Part shown: piece by piece, positions 31,808 to 41,764 of the stretch | Layout of the letters: each line of letters begins with the position of its first letter | Numbering within the stretch: the first letter of the stretch is position 1 | DNA from: Treponema sp. | Lineage (GTDB): Bacteria; Spirochaetota; Spirochaetia; Treponematales; Treponemataceae | DNA length: 63,915 nt | Assembly (NCBI GenBank): GCA_017412405.1 | Contig: JAFPYB010000219.1 | Coordinates: 1 to 63,915, forward strand | Direction: 5' to 3' | Position numbers and translations under genes: made by a program | Notes under the pieces: generated by a model | The model's input: the letters and a program-made list of their open reading frames with translations, nothing else | Database searches by the model: none | What the model was told of the DNA's origin: nothing

Positions 31808-32095
31808 TCAGTCAAATTTCGGGTGGAAGATTTTCCCGCCCGATTCGCCCATCGTCGTCGCCACCACATCATCCTCGTCCTTGAAGTGAGTCTTGACAGT
31901 CATCTCGGATTTTATCTGGTCCAGGGTGTGGTCAAAGGCGAACAAAATCTGCTGGAGCACGCGAACCACGTTTGAATCCGCGTCCTTGCACTCCGAAAGC
32001 CGCTGGCAGGTGTCGTACATTGTAATATACGCGTTGTTGAGCTTGATGTAATCTTCATTGTACACATCGACTTTTGTAAGATTCTTCTGTTTCAT
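31808..32095 (-). CDS. Hypothetical helical protein
   Basis: 95-aa ORF with GAGG RBS between tsaD and ybaK. Confidence 0.7.
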   Translation of the reverse strand: MKQKNLTKVDVYNEDYIKLNNAYITMYDTCQRLSECKDADSNVVRVLQQILFAFDHTLDQIKSEMTVKTHFKDEDDVVATTMGESGGKIFHPKFD

Positions 32096-32134
32096 AAAAC
32101 AACCTCGTGATAATCAAACTGTTCTGCGCCCGGG

Positions 32135-33172
32135 TTACCGCCGCCCGAACGCCTCAAGATTGGCAAGCCCCCGCTTGAACTCCCTGATTCTTGCCTCTGC
32201 CGTGGTGTCCCAGCCGCTCCTCTCGCCGCGCTTCAAGAAATGGTACGCAACGCCTGCAATCATGGCGCCGTTGTCGCCGCACAATTTTAGCGGCGGGAAA
32301 ATGCAGGTGATGTCCTTGCGCTCCGCAAGAAGGGAGCGAAGGCGGGAATTTGCGGCAACACCGCCTCCCGCAACGACAGTGCGAAGCCCCGTGTCCTCCA
32401 CGGCGCGGAACAAGCGGCTTGTGAGCGTGCGGCACGCCGTCTCCTGGAACGCGGCGCAAATGTTCTCGTTCGTCTTCTCGAACCCTTTGTTCAAAAACAT
32501 ATCGGCTTGGTGAATGACAGCCGTTTTTAGTCCGGAGAAGGACACATCGTAGCGGTGTTCCCCCTTGTCCAGCTTTGGAACCGGAAAACTGAACGAGGCG
32601 GCGTTCCCGCTTTTTGCAAGGCGGTCAACAACAACGCCGCCGGGGTAGCCCAGCCCGTAGAATTTTGAAACCTTGTTGAACGCCTCCCCCACAGAGTCGT
32701 CGATTGTGGTTCCCAGCACCTCAAGGTCGTCAAAATCGTTCACTTTCGCGATGATTGAGTGCCCCCCCGAGACGAGAAGCCCCAGATAGGGATAGGAAAT
32801 GTCGTTCTCAAGATGGGCAGCGTACATATGACCGAGCATATGGTTCACGGCGTAGAACGGTTTTCCAAGCGACCACGCCAGCGTTTTTCCGAACGTCAGC
32901 CCCACAAGCAGGGAACCCATCAGCCCTGGACGGTTCGTGGCAGCAACAGCGTCTATCTCGTCCGGGCGGAGCGATGCTTCGGAAAGAGCCTGCCGCACCA
33001 CCGGCAGAATCCACTCGGCGTGCTTGCGGGACGCGATTTCCGGCACAACGCCCTTGTAGACTTGATGGAACGGAATCTGCGTGGCAACCACATTGCTCAA
33101 GATTTTCTTTCCGTCCTCAACAATTGCGCAGGCAGTCTCGTCACAGCTGGATTCTATACCAAGAACTTTCAT
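32135..33172 (-). CDS. tsaD: tRNA threonylcarbamoyltransferase
   Basis: LGIESSCDET, GVVPEIASRKH, H..GH, VSGGH, SFSGLKT, GGVAAN and DNGAMI. Confidence 0.97.
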   Translation of the reverse strand: MKVLGIESSCDETACAIVEDGKKILSNVVATQIPFHQVYKGVVPEIASRKHAEWILPVVRQALSEASLRPDEIDAVAATNRPGLMGSLLVGLTFGKTLAWSLGKPFYAVNHMLGHMYAAHLENDISYPYLGLLVSGGHSIIAKVNDFDDLEVLGTTIDDSVGEAFNKVSKFYGLGYPGGVVVDRLAKSGNAASFSFPVPKLDKGEHRYDVSFSGLKTAVIHQADMFLNKGFEKTNENICAAFQETACRTLTSRLFRAVEDTGLRTVVAGGGVAANSRLRSLLAERKDITCIFPPLKLCGDNGAMIAGVAYHFLKRGERSGWDTTAEARIREFKRGLANLEAFGRR

Positions 33173-33428
33173 ATTTTCCCCATATCGATAGCAAAATTAC
33201 AGTTATAGGCGTTGGGAAAAATGGCGGCAAACCGCGCGTTTTCCCAACAAGTCCATTCAATTCTATGATTTTTTCCGAAATCTCTCAATAAACTTTACAA
33301 TGAGTTTCAATCGTGCAAAGTTTGAAGTTTCATAGTATACTGTTTTTTGTGGAAACTTTTCTCGCTTCCACAAAAACGAAATAATCACGCGCCGAAAATC
33401 ATGGAGTTTTCGGCGAAAAGAGGTCAAA

Positions 33429-34247
33429 ATGAAAAAAACACTTCTGGCATTACTTGCATCAAGCCTCATCGCATTCTCTACGATGGGCTGTCTCTCAACA
33501 TCATCAACGACTTCCGCAGGAAGCGTGGGCGCAGACAGGCAACAGCTCATGCTCTTTTCCGAGGAGGACATGGAGACAAGCGCGAACGAATCATACGCAC
33601 AAATCATTGCGGAAGCAAAAAAAGCAGGCACGCTCAACGTGAATGCTGCGACTACGAACCGCGTCCAGACAATCGCAAAGCGGCTCATCGCGCAGACAGG
33701 CTCATTCCGCGAGGACGCGCTGAAATGGGACTGGCAGGTGAACGTCATCACCGAGGACACGGTGAACGCATGGTGCATGGCAGGCGGAAAAATCGTCGTA
33801 TACACGGGAATCATCGAATACTTGAACTTGACCGACGGCGAGCTTGCCGCAGTCATGGGACACGAAATCTCCCACGCCCTCCGCGAGCACAGCCGCGAGC
33901 AGGCAAGCAGCAGCGCGCTCACCAGCGTCGGTACATCAGTGCTCTCACAGCTTGCAGGATTCGGGACTGTGGGAACAACGGCAGTCCAGCTTGCCGCCGA
34001 ATACTGCCTCACGCTCCCATTCTCCAGAAAGCATGAGACGGAGGCCGACAACGTGGGAACAGAACTCATGGCACGCGCAGGCTACGACCCCAACGAGGCT
34101 GTCTCAATCTGGAAAAAGATGTCCGCGCTCACAACATCAAGCACACCGGAAATTCTTAGCACGCACCCGTCCAACGAAAGCCGAATCAAGAATCTCACGG
34201 AGATTGCAAAAAAAGTCTACCCGCTCTACGAGGCAGCAAACAAATAA
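33429..34247 (+). CDS. M48 family zinc metallopeptidase lipoprotein
   Basis: NAWCMAGGKI, HEISH, FSR.HE.EAD and STHPS; lipobox TMGC. Confidence 0.92.
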   Translation: MKKTLLALLASSLIAFSTMGCLSTSSTTSAGSVGADRQQLMLFSEEDMETSANESYAQIIAEAKKAGTLNVNAATTNRVQTIAKRLIAQTGSFREDALKWDWQVNVITEDTVNAWCMAGGKIVVYTGIIEYLNLTDGELAAVMGHEISHALREHSREQASSSALTSVGTSVLSQLAGFGTVGTTAVQLAAEYCLTLPFSRKHETEADNVGTELMARAGYDPNEAVSIWKKMSALTTSSTPEILSTHPSNESRIKNLTEIAKKVYPLYEAANK

Positions 34248-34269
34248 GCGGCCAAAAAGCAAATTGGAC

Positions 34270-34300
34270 CGGTTCGGAACGACGGTGGTTTTCCGAACCG
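34270..34300. terminator. Hairpin between convergent genes
   Basis: CGGTTCGGAA-11 nt-TTCCGAACCG. Confidence 0.5.
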
Positions 34301-34302
34301 CT

Positions 34303-35382
34303 TCACTCCAGCTCGCTGGGGGTCTTGAACGTGTACCCGGCTTTTTCCAAGTACGGGTACATTTCGGCCAAAAGCCGGGGGAGAATGTGTGCGCTTTTGT
34401 CAACATGGGCAATGACCACCGCCCTTCCGTGGCGGTTCGCGTAATCCAGCGTCTCAAAAAGCCGCTCAATCATTTTTTCCCGGCTCACATCGTTGTCGAT
34501 GTAGGGTCCTTCCTTCTCCCAAATCCGCATTCCACGGGCAAACGCCGCATTCACGGCCTGCGTTCGGGAAGTCGTCCTTGAATCAAGAAAATACACGCCC
34601 TCGTCGCGGCATACGTCAAGCACATACCCGATTTTCTCGTAATCGGCCGTTATGAGCGACCCTTCGTGATTGTTCATCCCCTTCACGCCCGCGCCCAGTT
34701 CAGAAAGATTCTCCCGAACCACGCGGTAGATTTCGTCTTTTTCCATGCCGCCCAAAACAGCCCCCTCGCCGGGGTCAAGACGCTCGTTCATCGCCTGCAT
34801 GGGCTGGTGCAGAATAAGCTCCTTTCCGCCCGCGCGAACAACTTCCGCGCACTCCCGCGTCTGGGGAAGACGGGGGAGAACCGCAATCGTGAGGGGGAAC
34901 GGAAGGCTTGCGTACAGCTTTGTTCGCGCCGCGCTCTGCCCTGCGTCGTCAATGACAAGCACAATCGTGGCGCCTGACACCGCCTGTGGCACGGAAAAAA
35001 GCGGGGCTGCCGGAACAGGCTCTTTTTCCACAGCTTTTTCAGCAAGGCGATTTTTTTCTTTTTCGCCACCGCCCTGCGTCTCTTGATTTTTCATCGGCCC
35101 AGAATGCCCGAGCGGAGCCTTTGCCTTACCGCCGACATCTTTTTCCCCATCGTCCCGTCCATCGTTTTTCGACGGCGGCATTTTCTCCACTTTTTCCGTG
35201 GAAGAAGGCTCTTCAATTAAAGAACGCCCGTTACGCACAGAGCTGAACAAAATTGCAAGCACACAAGCCAAACAGACTGCCACGGTGAATGCGTAAAGTT
35301 TTCCCAGCGGCAGGTTGATTTTTTTCGATTTTGATTTTTTTGCCTGTTTCGATTTTTTGCGTGATTTTTTTGATGTGGCCAT
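34303..35382 (-). CDS. Divergent polysaccharide deacetylase family protein
   Basis: VIDDAG, T.AVLP, LHQPM, NNHEGS and FLDSRT; N-terminal TM. Confidence 0.9.
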   Translation of the reverse strand: MATSKKSRKKSKQAKKSKSKKINLPLGKLYAFTVAVCLACVLAILFSSVRNGRSLIEEPSSTEKVEKMPPSKNDGRDDGEKDVGGKAKAPLGHSGPMKNQETQGGGEKEKNRLAEKAVEKEPVPAAPLFSVPQAVSGATIVLVIDDAGQSAARTKLYASLPFPLTIAVLPRLPQTRECAEVVRAGGKELILHQPMQAMNERLDPGEGAVLGGMEKDEIYRVVRENLSELGAGVKGMNNHEGSLITADYEKIGYVLDVCRDEGVYFLDSRTTSRTQAVNAAFARGMRIWEKEGPYIDNDVSREKMIERLFETLDYANRHGRAVVIAHVDKSAHILPRLLAEMYPYLEKAGYTFKTPSELE

Positions 35383-35434
35383 ACTACCCGTTCAAATATC
35401 GGTCAATTTTCCGGCAGAAATAAGTTGGAGCCGC

Positions 35435-35495
35435 GAAGCGAATCTTATAGAAGTTCGCAAAACGAATCTTATAGAAGTTCGCAAAGCGAATCTTC
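35435..35495. repeat. 24-bp tandem repeat x2.5 of a REP-like hairpin
   Basis: Units (a/g)aa(a/g)cgaatcttatagaagttcgc; GAAGTTCGC...GCGAATCTTC also occurs at 45834 and 45957. Confidence 0.8.
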
Positions 35496-35633
35496 GATAT
35501 ACATCTCGACATAGTGACAAATCTTCATTTCTGTGATATTTTTCTAAAGTCTTTTTGTTTTGAGCCGAGGCTCGCAGAGACACGCTCGGGAACTTGGTTT
35601 CCGAACTTTTTTATTTTCAGGAATTCCCTTTTT

Positions 35634-35993
35634 ATGGAAAACAACAGAAAATACGAACGATTTGAGGATTTCGGGCGGATTGAATGTTTTGACATCTGCC
35701 CGTTTCCAGGAACATTGAACGACATAAGCCAAACAGGAATGAAAGTCACGTTCAACTCCTTTGTCACAATCGAGATGGAGGAAGAATACAAGGTCACGGT
35801 GCGCATTCCAAAATGCTACTTTTCCGCCATTGAGCTTGTCGTCACACCAGTGTGGGCTTACGAACATAACGGAACATATCAAATCGGATTTTCAATCCTC
35901 CATTCTGCGGGGGCAACATACCTTGCCGAATACTTGCGGAACCTCCAGCATGAAAAAGAAGCGGAGCTTGAGGACACAGAAATCTTTGCCTAG
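35634..35993 (+). CDS. PilZ domain c-di-GMP receptor
   Basis: RxxxR (RKYER) and DxSxxG (DISQTG) motifs. Confidence 0.85.
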   Translation: MENNRKYERFEDFGRIECFDICPFPGTLNDISQTGMKVTFNSFVTIEMEEEYKVTVRIPKCYFSAIELVVTPVWAYEHNGTYQIGFSILHSAGATYLAEYLRNLQHEKEAELEDTEIFA

Positions 35994-35995
35994 CC

Positions 35996-37030
35996 ATGAA
36001 TCATGAATTTTTGGGCGGAACGGCGTTTCTTGCGTTTCCCGACATGAAAAACCTTCTCGTCTCGGAACTTGCCCGCCGTTTTTCCTACGGAGCCGTGGAA
36101 AATGCGCCTACAATAGACGGAACGTCCTTCCAGCTGGGAGAGGCGCGGTGGTACGGCGATTTGCTCTACTGCCCGGACTTTGTTCCCCAAAACGACAGCC
36201 ACGGCTCGCCTGTTCTCCCCTACTGGGCGCGGACAGCCATGCTCTCGCCAAAGCTCGTGCATTTTTCCTCCATTGGAGAAGCCGCCGGCACACTCCGCGC
36301 CATCCAGCGGAACTGGGCACCATACCAGTACCAGCTTTTCAGAAGGGCATCCCTAATACAAGACAAACTTCCCCACATAAACTTGAAGGCGCGGAAATTC
36401 CCCACACAAGTCCCCGCAACGCCAATGGGCTTGTACACGCTCACCGACGCGAACACGATGATTGTGAGCGAAGAGACAAATTCGCCTCTTCCTGCGGGAA
36501 AAATCGAGTTCGAGGAAGACCACGAGAATCCGCCCAGCCGCGCGTACCTAAAGCTTGAGGAGAGCCTCACGCTTTTTTCCACATTTTTCGGCTCCCCACT
36601 TCCCAAAGAGGGCGACAAGTGCTTTGAGGCGGGCGCGTGTCCAGGCGGCTGGACGTATGTGCTAAGGCTCTTGGGCGCGGACGTGCTGGCAGTTGACCGC
36701 GCGGAACTTGCCCCGAGCCTCATGGCGGACAAGCACGTGACGTTCCGTGCCCACGACGCGTTCACGCTGAAACCTGAGGACATTGAGAGGGACTTCGGCA
36801 AAATCGACTGGCTTTTCTCCGACGTGATATGCTACCCGGAACGGCTCTACGAGTGGATTATGATGTGGATTGCATCAAAAAAAGTGCGGAACATAATCTG
36901 TACCATAAAAATGCAGGGCGAAATCGACTGGGAGCTAATCAAAAAATTCTCGCAAATAGAAAATTCAAGAATCGTGCATTTGAACTACAACAAGCACGAG
37001 CTTACCATAATGATTCGGCGGTCCGAATGA
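35996..37030 (+). CDS. SAM-dependent RNA methyltransferase, RlmM/FtsJ-like
   Basis: PPSRAYLKLEE, GACPGGWT, SDV and TIK (K-D-K-E fold). Confidence 0.85.
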   Translation: MNHEFLGGTAFLAFPDMKNLLVSELARRFSYGAVENAPTIDGTSFQLGEARWYGDLLYCPDFVPQNDSHGSPVLPYWARTAMLSPKLVHFSSIGEAAGTLRAIQRNWAPYQYQLFRRASLIQDKLPHINLKARKFPTQVPATPMGLYTLTDANTMIVSEETNSPLPAGKIEFEEDHENPPSRAYLKLEESLTLFSTFFGSPLPKEGDKCFEAGACPGGWTYVLRLLGADVLAVDRAELAPSLMADKHVTFRAHDAFTLKPEDIERDFGKIDWLFSDVICYPERLYEWIMMWIASKKVRNIICTIKMQGEIDWELIKKFSQIENSRIVHLNYNKHELTIMIRRSE

Positions 37031-38310
37031 TAAAACGCTCGGGATACGCGGACTTGCCGCTCCACACGGGAATTGTCCCCAAGTGGCTCGCCGACCGCAT
37101 GATGATTCTCGGCACACAAATAGTCGAGTCAATCCTTCTCAACTACGGAAAAAAGGAAGTGCTCACCCGCCTTTCAGACCCGCTGTGGTTCCAGAGCTTT
37201 GGCGCGGTGCTGGGCATGGACTGGCATTCAAGCGGAATCACCACCAGCGTCATGTACGCCTTAAAGCGCGGCCTGAACCCGAGGGCCGGGGAGCTGGGGC
37301 TTTTTGTATGCGGCGGGCGCGGAAAATATTCCAGGCGCACCCCCGAAGAGCTTCTTCTTCTTTCAGATTCGGCGGGGCTTGACGGAACGAGCCTGGTGAA
37401 TGCCAGCAAGCTCTGCGCCAAAGTTGACAACACGGCAGTCCAAGACGGATTCCAGCTGTACATGCACAATTTTGTCCTTTCAAGCGAAGGCGACTGGACC
37501 GTTGTGCAGCAGGGCATGAACACCACAGCGCGGACTGCCAGAAGATACCACTGGTCAAGCGAAAACGTGCGCTCTTTTGTGGACAGCCCCCACACCGCGG
37601 TAACGGGCGAGAACCAGGGAAAAATATTGAATCTCACCGACACTGCCGCAAGACAGACGCGGGGAACAATCCTGTCCTTGAGCCGGGAAAACCCCGACCG
37701 CATTATTCGGGAAATAGCGAAGATTTCCGGACAGGACTACGCCCGCCAGCTTGAGTTCGATTTTGGCGGCGGAGATGGCGAAGAGAACCTTCCCAAAGCG
37801 CAGCCCACAGTCCCCGTGGAGATTCGGAGCGACAGGAACCTCATCATGCCTGCCCACCACGACGTGCGCGCCGAGGACGTTGACCTAAAGCGGCTGGGCG
37901 CGGTTCTTGCCACCGCATACGAGGCCGACAACAAGGATTTCCAGTCGCTTCTTCTCACGCCGGGCTTGGGGCCGCGAACGCTCCAGAGCCTCACATTGGT
38001 AAGCGAGGTCATGTACGGGACGCCGTCGCGCTTTTCAGACCCTGCGCGGTTCTCCTTTGCCCACGGAGGAAAGGACGGCCATCCCTTCCCCGTTCCGTGC
38101 CGAATCTACGACGAGTCAATCCGCATTCTGGGGGACGCAATCGAAAAATCCAAGCTCGGCTACAACGACAAGTCACAGTGCCTGAGCCGCCTCCACAAGA
38201 CGCAGCTCCAAATTGAGGCGCACTGCGACCCGCAGGCGGATTTTGACGCGACGCTGGCGCGGGAAAAAGCGCACTCAAAGGAATGGGGCGGGCGCACCTG
38301 CATGGACTAG
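37027..38310 (+). CDS. DUF763 family protein
   Basis: ADLPLH.G.VP.WL, MDWHSSGITT, QDGFQLY.H and FAHGGKDG.PFPV. Confidence 0.85.
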   Translation: MIKRSGYADLPLHTGIVPKWLADRMMILGTQIVESILLNYGKKEVLTRLSDPLWFQSFGAVLGMDWHSSGITTSVMYALKRGLNPRAGELGLFVCGGRGKYSRRTPEELLLLSDSAGLDGTSLVNASKLCAKVDNTAVQDGFQLYMHNFVLSSEGDWTVVQQGMNTTARTARRYHWSSENVRSFVDSPHTAVTGENQGKILNLTDTAARQTRGTILSLSRENPDRIIREIAKISGQDYARQLEFDFGGGDGEENLPKAQPTVPVEIRSDRNLIMPAHHDVRAEDVDLKRLGAVLATAYEADNKDFQSLLLTPGLGPRTLQSLTLVSEVMYGTPSRFSDPARFSFAHGGKDGHPFPVPCRIYDESIRILGDAIEKSKLGYNDKSQCLSRLHKTQLQIEAHCDPQADFDATLAREKAHSKEWGGRTCMD

Positions 38311-38431
38311 GGGAACTGACTCTTGACCACTTATCAAAAATCATTATTCGTATCATAATTTCATAAAGTTGCCGATTTGCACAGCACATTCAAGGCAACG
38401 CCGCCAACGCGGAGTTTTTAGGAGGAACACA

Positions 38432-40285
38432 ATGAATTTAAAACGAACGATTTTTTCCCTGATTGTGTCGCTGGGGATTTGTGCCGCAGCATTTTGTGAC
38501 ACATCGGTGTACCGGGGCAAATCCGAGCTGAACTGGAGCCAGAACATCACGGTGAGTGCAGCGCGATTCGATTCGGTAACGCAGGGAACAACCCTCAGCT
38601 TCAACGTCACCAAGACAAAAAGCGAATACCAGAACATAAAAATCTATGCGCCCACACAAAACGGCTGGAAGGAGCTGAACGCGGGAACTCTCTCCAATGC
38701 GTCGTACACGGGCGCAATCGTGCCGCGCTTCTCGTCCCAGACGGTGACGGTGACGTACACGCTCACGAAAGACGATGCGGAGAACCTAAAGCAGTTCGGG
38801 CTGGTGGTGCATGGCTACGGCGCACAGCTCAACACAATCACGCTCTCCACGAGCCAGGCGGCAGCCGCGCTTTCAGAGGAGCTGCTTTTTTCCGGCAGCA
38901 AGGACTTCACGAGCTGGAGCCAGAACATCATCGTTCCGTCGTCAAAACTTTCAGGCGCACAGAACGGAAGCAAAATCAGCGTGACCATGAAAAAATCGGC
39001 AAGCGCGAACAAATACCAGAACTTGAAGCTGTATGCCGCAAAGAATTCGGGCTGGCAGGAGCTTACAGGCGGCAGCCTTGAGAACGCAATCTACGCAAAC
39101 GTCATTGTCCCCAGCTTTGCCACAAGCGAAATCACCATGACATATGCACTCACATCGTCCAACGCGGAGGCAATCCGAGCGAACGACCTTGTCCTCCAGG
39201 GCTACGGAATAGTAATCACCGGCGTGTCCCTTCTGGGCGGCTCATCGCAGCCTGTGGCCGCCGCCACACAGCCCCAGGCACCGAACACGAGCACGGGCGG
39301 CGTACAGACAACCGAGCAGGCGAAAACCGGCACAAAATCGACTCCAACCGTTGCCCAGGGAACGCCATTCCAGCGGCACGGAAAGCTCCATGTCACAGGC
39401 GCGTACCTCATGGACAGCCACAACGAAAAAGTGCAGCTCTACGGACTCAGCACCCACGGAATCAACTTTGGAAACGATTTTTCGAGATATGTGGACGAGC
39501 AGGCATTCAGGACGGTTCGGGACGACTGGAACACGAACTGCATCCGCCTTGTGCTCTACCCAGGCGACTACAACGGCTACTCGAACGGCGGGAACAAGGC
39601 GCAGCTCAAAAAAATCATAGAGAACGGCATTGAGTACGCCACGAATCTTGGAATGTACGTCATCGTTGACTGGCACGTACACAACTTCAATCCGAACAAC
39701 CAATGGAAGAGCGACGCAAAGACGTTCCTCTCGGAGATTTCAAAAAAATACGCCAAATACGACAACGTGCTGTACGAAATATGCAACGAGCCGACAGGCT
39801 CATCGTGGGCTTCGTCCCTCAAGCCCTACGCGCAGGAAATCATTCCGGCAATCCGGGCCAACGCCCCCGACTCCGTAATCATCGTGGGAACGAACACATG
39901 GTCGCAGGACATAGAAGAGCCGCTGGCAAACCCGCTTTCGTTCAAGAACGTCATGTACACGTTCCACTTCTACGCCAACACGCACACCGATTCCTACCGA
40001 AACCGCGTGCAGAACTGCATTGAGCGCGGACTTCCGGTGTTCGTCACGGAGTTCGGGACGTGCGACGCAAGCGGAAACGGCGGATTCAACCCCAGCGAGA
40101 GCAGGAAATGGTTCGATTTGTGCAAGAAGTACAACATCAGCCACATGAACTGGAGCCTTTCAAGCAAGGCAGAGACGGCAAGCGTCATCCAGCCGTGGTG
40201 CCAAAAGACATCCGATTGGAGCGAGTCAGATTTGTCCGAGTCTGGAAGATTGGTGCGGGAGCATTTCAGGACGCTTTCGCAATAG
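38432..40285 (+). CDS. Secreted GH5 endoglucanase with duplicated N-terminal module
   Basis: GLSTHG, IVDWH, YEICNEP (acid/base), HFYA and VTEFG (nucleophile); P/T/Q-rich linker. Confidence 0.92.
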   Translation: MNLKRTIFSLIVSLGICAAAFCDTSVYRGKSELNWSQNITVSAARFDSVTQGTTLSFNVTKTKSEYQNIKIYAPTQNGWKELNAGTLSNASYTGAIVPRFSSQTVTVTYTLTKDDAENLKQFGLVVHGYGAQLNTITLSTSQAAAALSEELLFSGSKDFTSWSQNIIVPSSKLSGAQNGSKISVTMKKSASANKYQNLKLYAAKNSGWQELTGGSLENAIYANVIVPSFATSEITMTYALTSSNAEAIRANDLVLQGYGIVITGVSLLGGSSQPVAAATQPQAPNTSTGGVQTTEQAKTGTKSTPTVAQGTPFQRHGKLHVTGAYLMDSHNEKVQLYGLSTHGINFGNDFSRYVDEQAFRTVRDDWNTNCIRLVLYPGDYNGYSNGGNKAQLKKIIENGIEYATNLGMYVIVDWHVHNFNPNNQWKSDAKTFLSEISKKYAKYDNVLYEICNEPTGSSWASSLKPYAQEIIPAIRANAPDSVIIVGTNTWSQDIEEPLANPLSFKNVMYTFHFYANTHTDSYRNRVQNCIERGLPVFVTEFGTCDASGNGGFNPSESRKWFDLCKKYNISHMNWSLSSKAETASVIQPWCQKTSDWSESDLSESGRLVREHFRTLSQ

Positions 40286-40286
40286 C

Positions 40287-40319
40287 AAAAAAAAGACGGC
40301 TGGGAAACCACCCCAGCCG
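40287..40319 (-). terminator. Terminator between cellulase and hisF
   Basis: CGGCTGGG-7 nt-CCCAGCCG with A8 on the + strand (T run on the minus strand). Confidence 0.75.
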
Positions 40320-40343
40320 CATTGTTTTCCATTCGTTTTCTTC

Positions 40344-41108
40344 CTAAAGCCTAACTGGCACACCGCTTCTGGAAAGCTCTTCCTTGATTCCGCCCACCGT
40401 GTAGCCCATGGAATGAACCATGCTGGCAATAAGCGCCGCATCAGCCTTTCCTTCCGTCAAAACATCGGCAAGGTGCGCGGGGGTTCCGCCACCGCCGGAA
40501 GCGATGACCGGCACAGGAACGCGCTCGGAAATCATCTTTGTGAGCGAAAGCTCGTAGCCGTTCCTCATACCGTCGGCATCAATCGAGTTCAGCACGATTT
40601 CACCCGCGCCAAGCTCCACAGCCTTTTCTGCCCAAGAAAGCGCGTCAAGCTCCGTCTTTACGCGGCCGCCGTTGATGTAGACGCGGTAGCCGCTGGGGGC
40701 AGACTCGTCCTTCTTTGCGTCCATGCCCAAGACAATGCACTGGTTTCCGAACACCCGCGCCCCATCGGCTATGAGCCGGGGATTTTTGACCGCCTGGGAG
40801 TTCAGGCTGATTTTTTCCGCGCCCGCAAGGATGGTGGAGCGTATGTCGTCAAGGGAACCGATTCCTCCGCCCACGCAGAACGGAATGAACACTTGGCGGG
40901 CAACGCCGGCAATCAAGTCAAGGATTGGCCCGCGCCCACGGGCGCTTGCCATGATGTCGTAGAACACAAGCTCATCAACGCCCTGCTCATAGTACATTTT
41001 TGCCATTTCAACCGGGTCGCCGATGTCAACATTGTTCTGGAATTTCACGCCTTTTGTGGTGCGTCCGTCTTTCACATCAAGACAGACAATAATTCGCTTT
41101 TTTATCAT
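40344..41108 (-). CDS. hisF: Imidazole glycerol phosphate synthase cyclase subunit
   Basis: RII.CLDV, DELVFYDI, VGGGI, GAGEI.LNSIDADG and VIASGG. Confidence 0.96.
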   Translation of the reverse strand: MIKKRIIVCLDVKDGRTTKGVKFQNNVDIGDPVEMAKMYYEQGVDELVFYDIMASARGRGPILDLIAGVARQVFIPFCVGGGIGSLDDIRSTILAGAEKISLNSQAVKNPRLIADGARVFGNQCIVLGMDAKKDESAPSGYRVYINGGRVKTELDALSWAEKAVELGAGEIVLNSIDADGMRNGYELSLTKMISERVPVPVIASGGGGTPAHLADVLTEGKADAALIASMVHSMGYTVGGIKEELSRSGVPVRL

Positions 41109-41109
41109 G

Positions 41110-41754
41110 TCAGTTTCCCTTCAAATCGTCCCGGACAAAATTCTCCAGAATTTTCAGCCCCCACCTGCCAGATTTTTCCGGGTGGAACTGGAACGCCGTC
41201 ACGCTTCCCTGGGAAACACAGGCCGGAACGCGGCAGCCGTAATCAACAGCAGCCTTGATGATTTTTTCGTCATCCGGCTGAATGAGGTACGAATGAACAA
41301 AATAAAAATCCTTGTTCTCCGGGATTCCGTCAAAAAGCGGACTTGAGCCGTTCATGTATGAAAGATTGTTCCAGCCAATCTGGGGAATTTTAAGCCCCGC
41401 CGCCACGCTTTTTTCGTCGTGCCACACGGCAGAAAAATGCCTGATTTTTCCGTGGAGCAATCCCAGGCACTCCACGTTTCCTTCCTCCGAATAGTCGAAG
41501 ACAATCTGGGACCCCAGGCATATTCCCACCAGCGGCTTTTGGGACAAAGCCCACTCTTTGAGGAACACGTCAAAGCCGCTTTCCTTGAGCTGGGCCATGG
41601 CATACGCCGCATCCCCCACGCCCGGGAAAATGAGCCGGTCGCAGGACTCCAAGTCTTTGGGCGACTTTGAGAGAATGAACGGTGCGCCCAGCGCAGAAAG
41701 CGCACGCTCCACGCTTTTTATGTTACCCGCGTTGTAATCAACAATTCCTGTCAT
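41110..41754 (-). CDS. hisH: Imidazole glycerol phosphate synthase glutaminase subunit
   Basis: FPGVG, GICLG, YFVHSY and QFHPEKS. Confidence 0.96.
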   Translation of the reverse strand: MTGIVDYNAGNIKSVERALSALGAPFILSKSPKDLESCDRLIFPGVGDAAYAMAQLKESGFDVFLKEWALSQKPLVGICLGSQIVFDYSEEGNVECLGLLHGKIRHFSAVWHDEKSVAAGLKIPQIGWNNLSYMNGSSPLFDGIPENKDFYFVHSYLIQPDDEKIIKAAVDYGCRVPACVSQGSVTAFQFHPEKSGRWGLKILENFVRDDLKGN

Positions 41755-41764
41755 ACTTGTACCA

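Noticed and set aside
35435-35495. Mini CRISPR array
   Set aside because: Head-to-tail repeats without unique spacers; no cas genes
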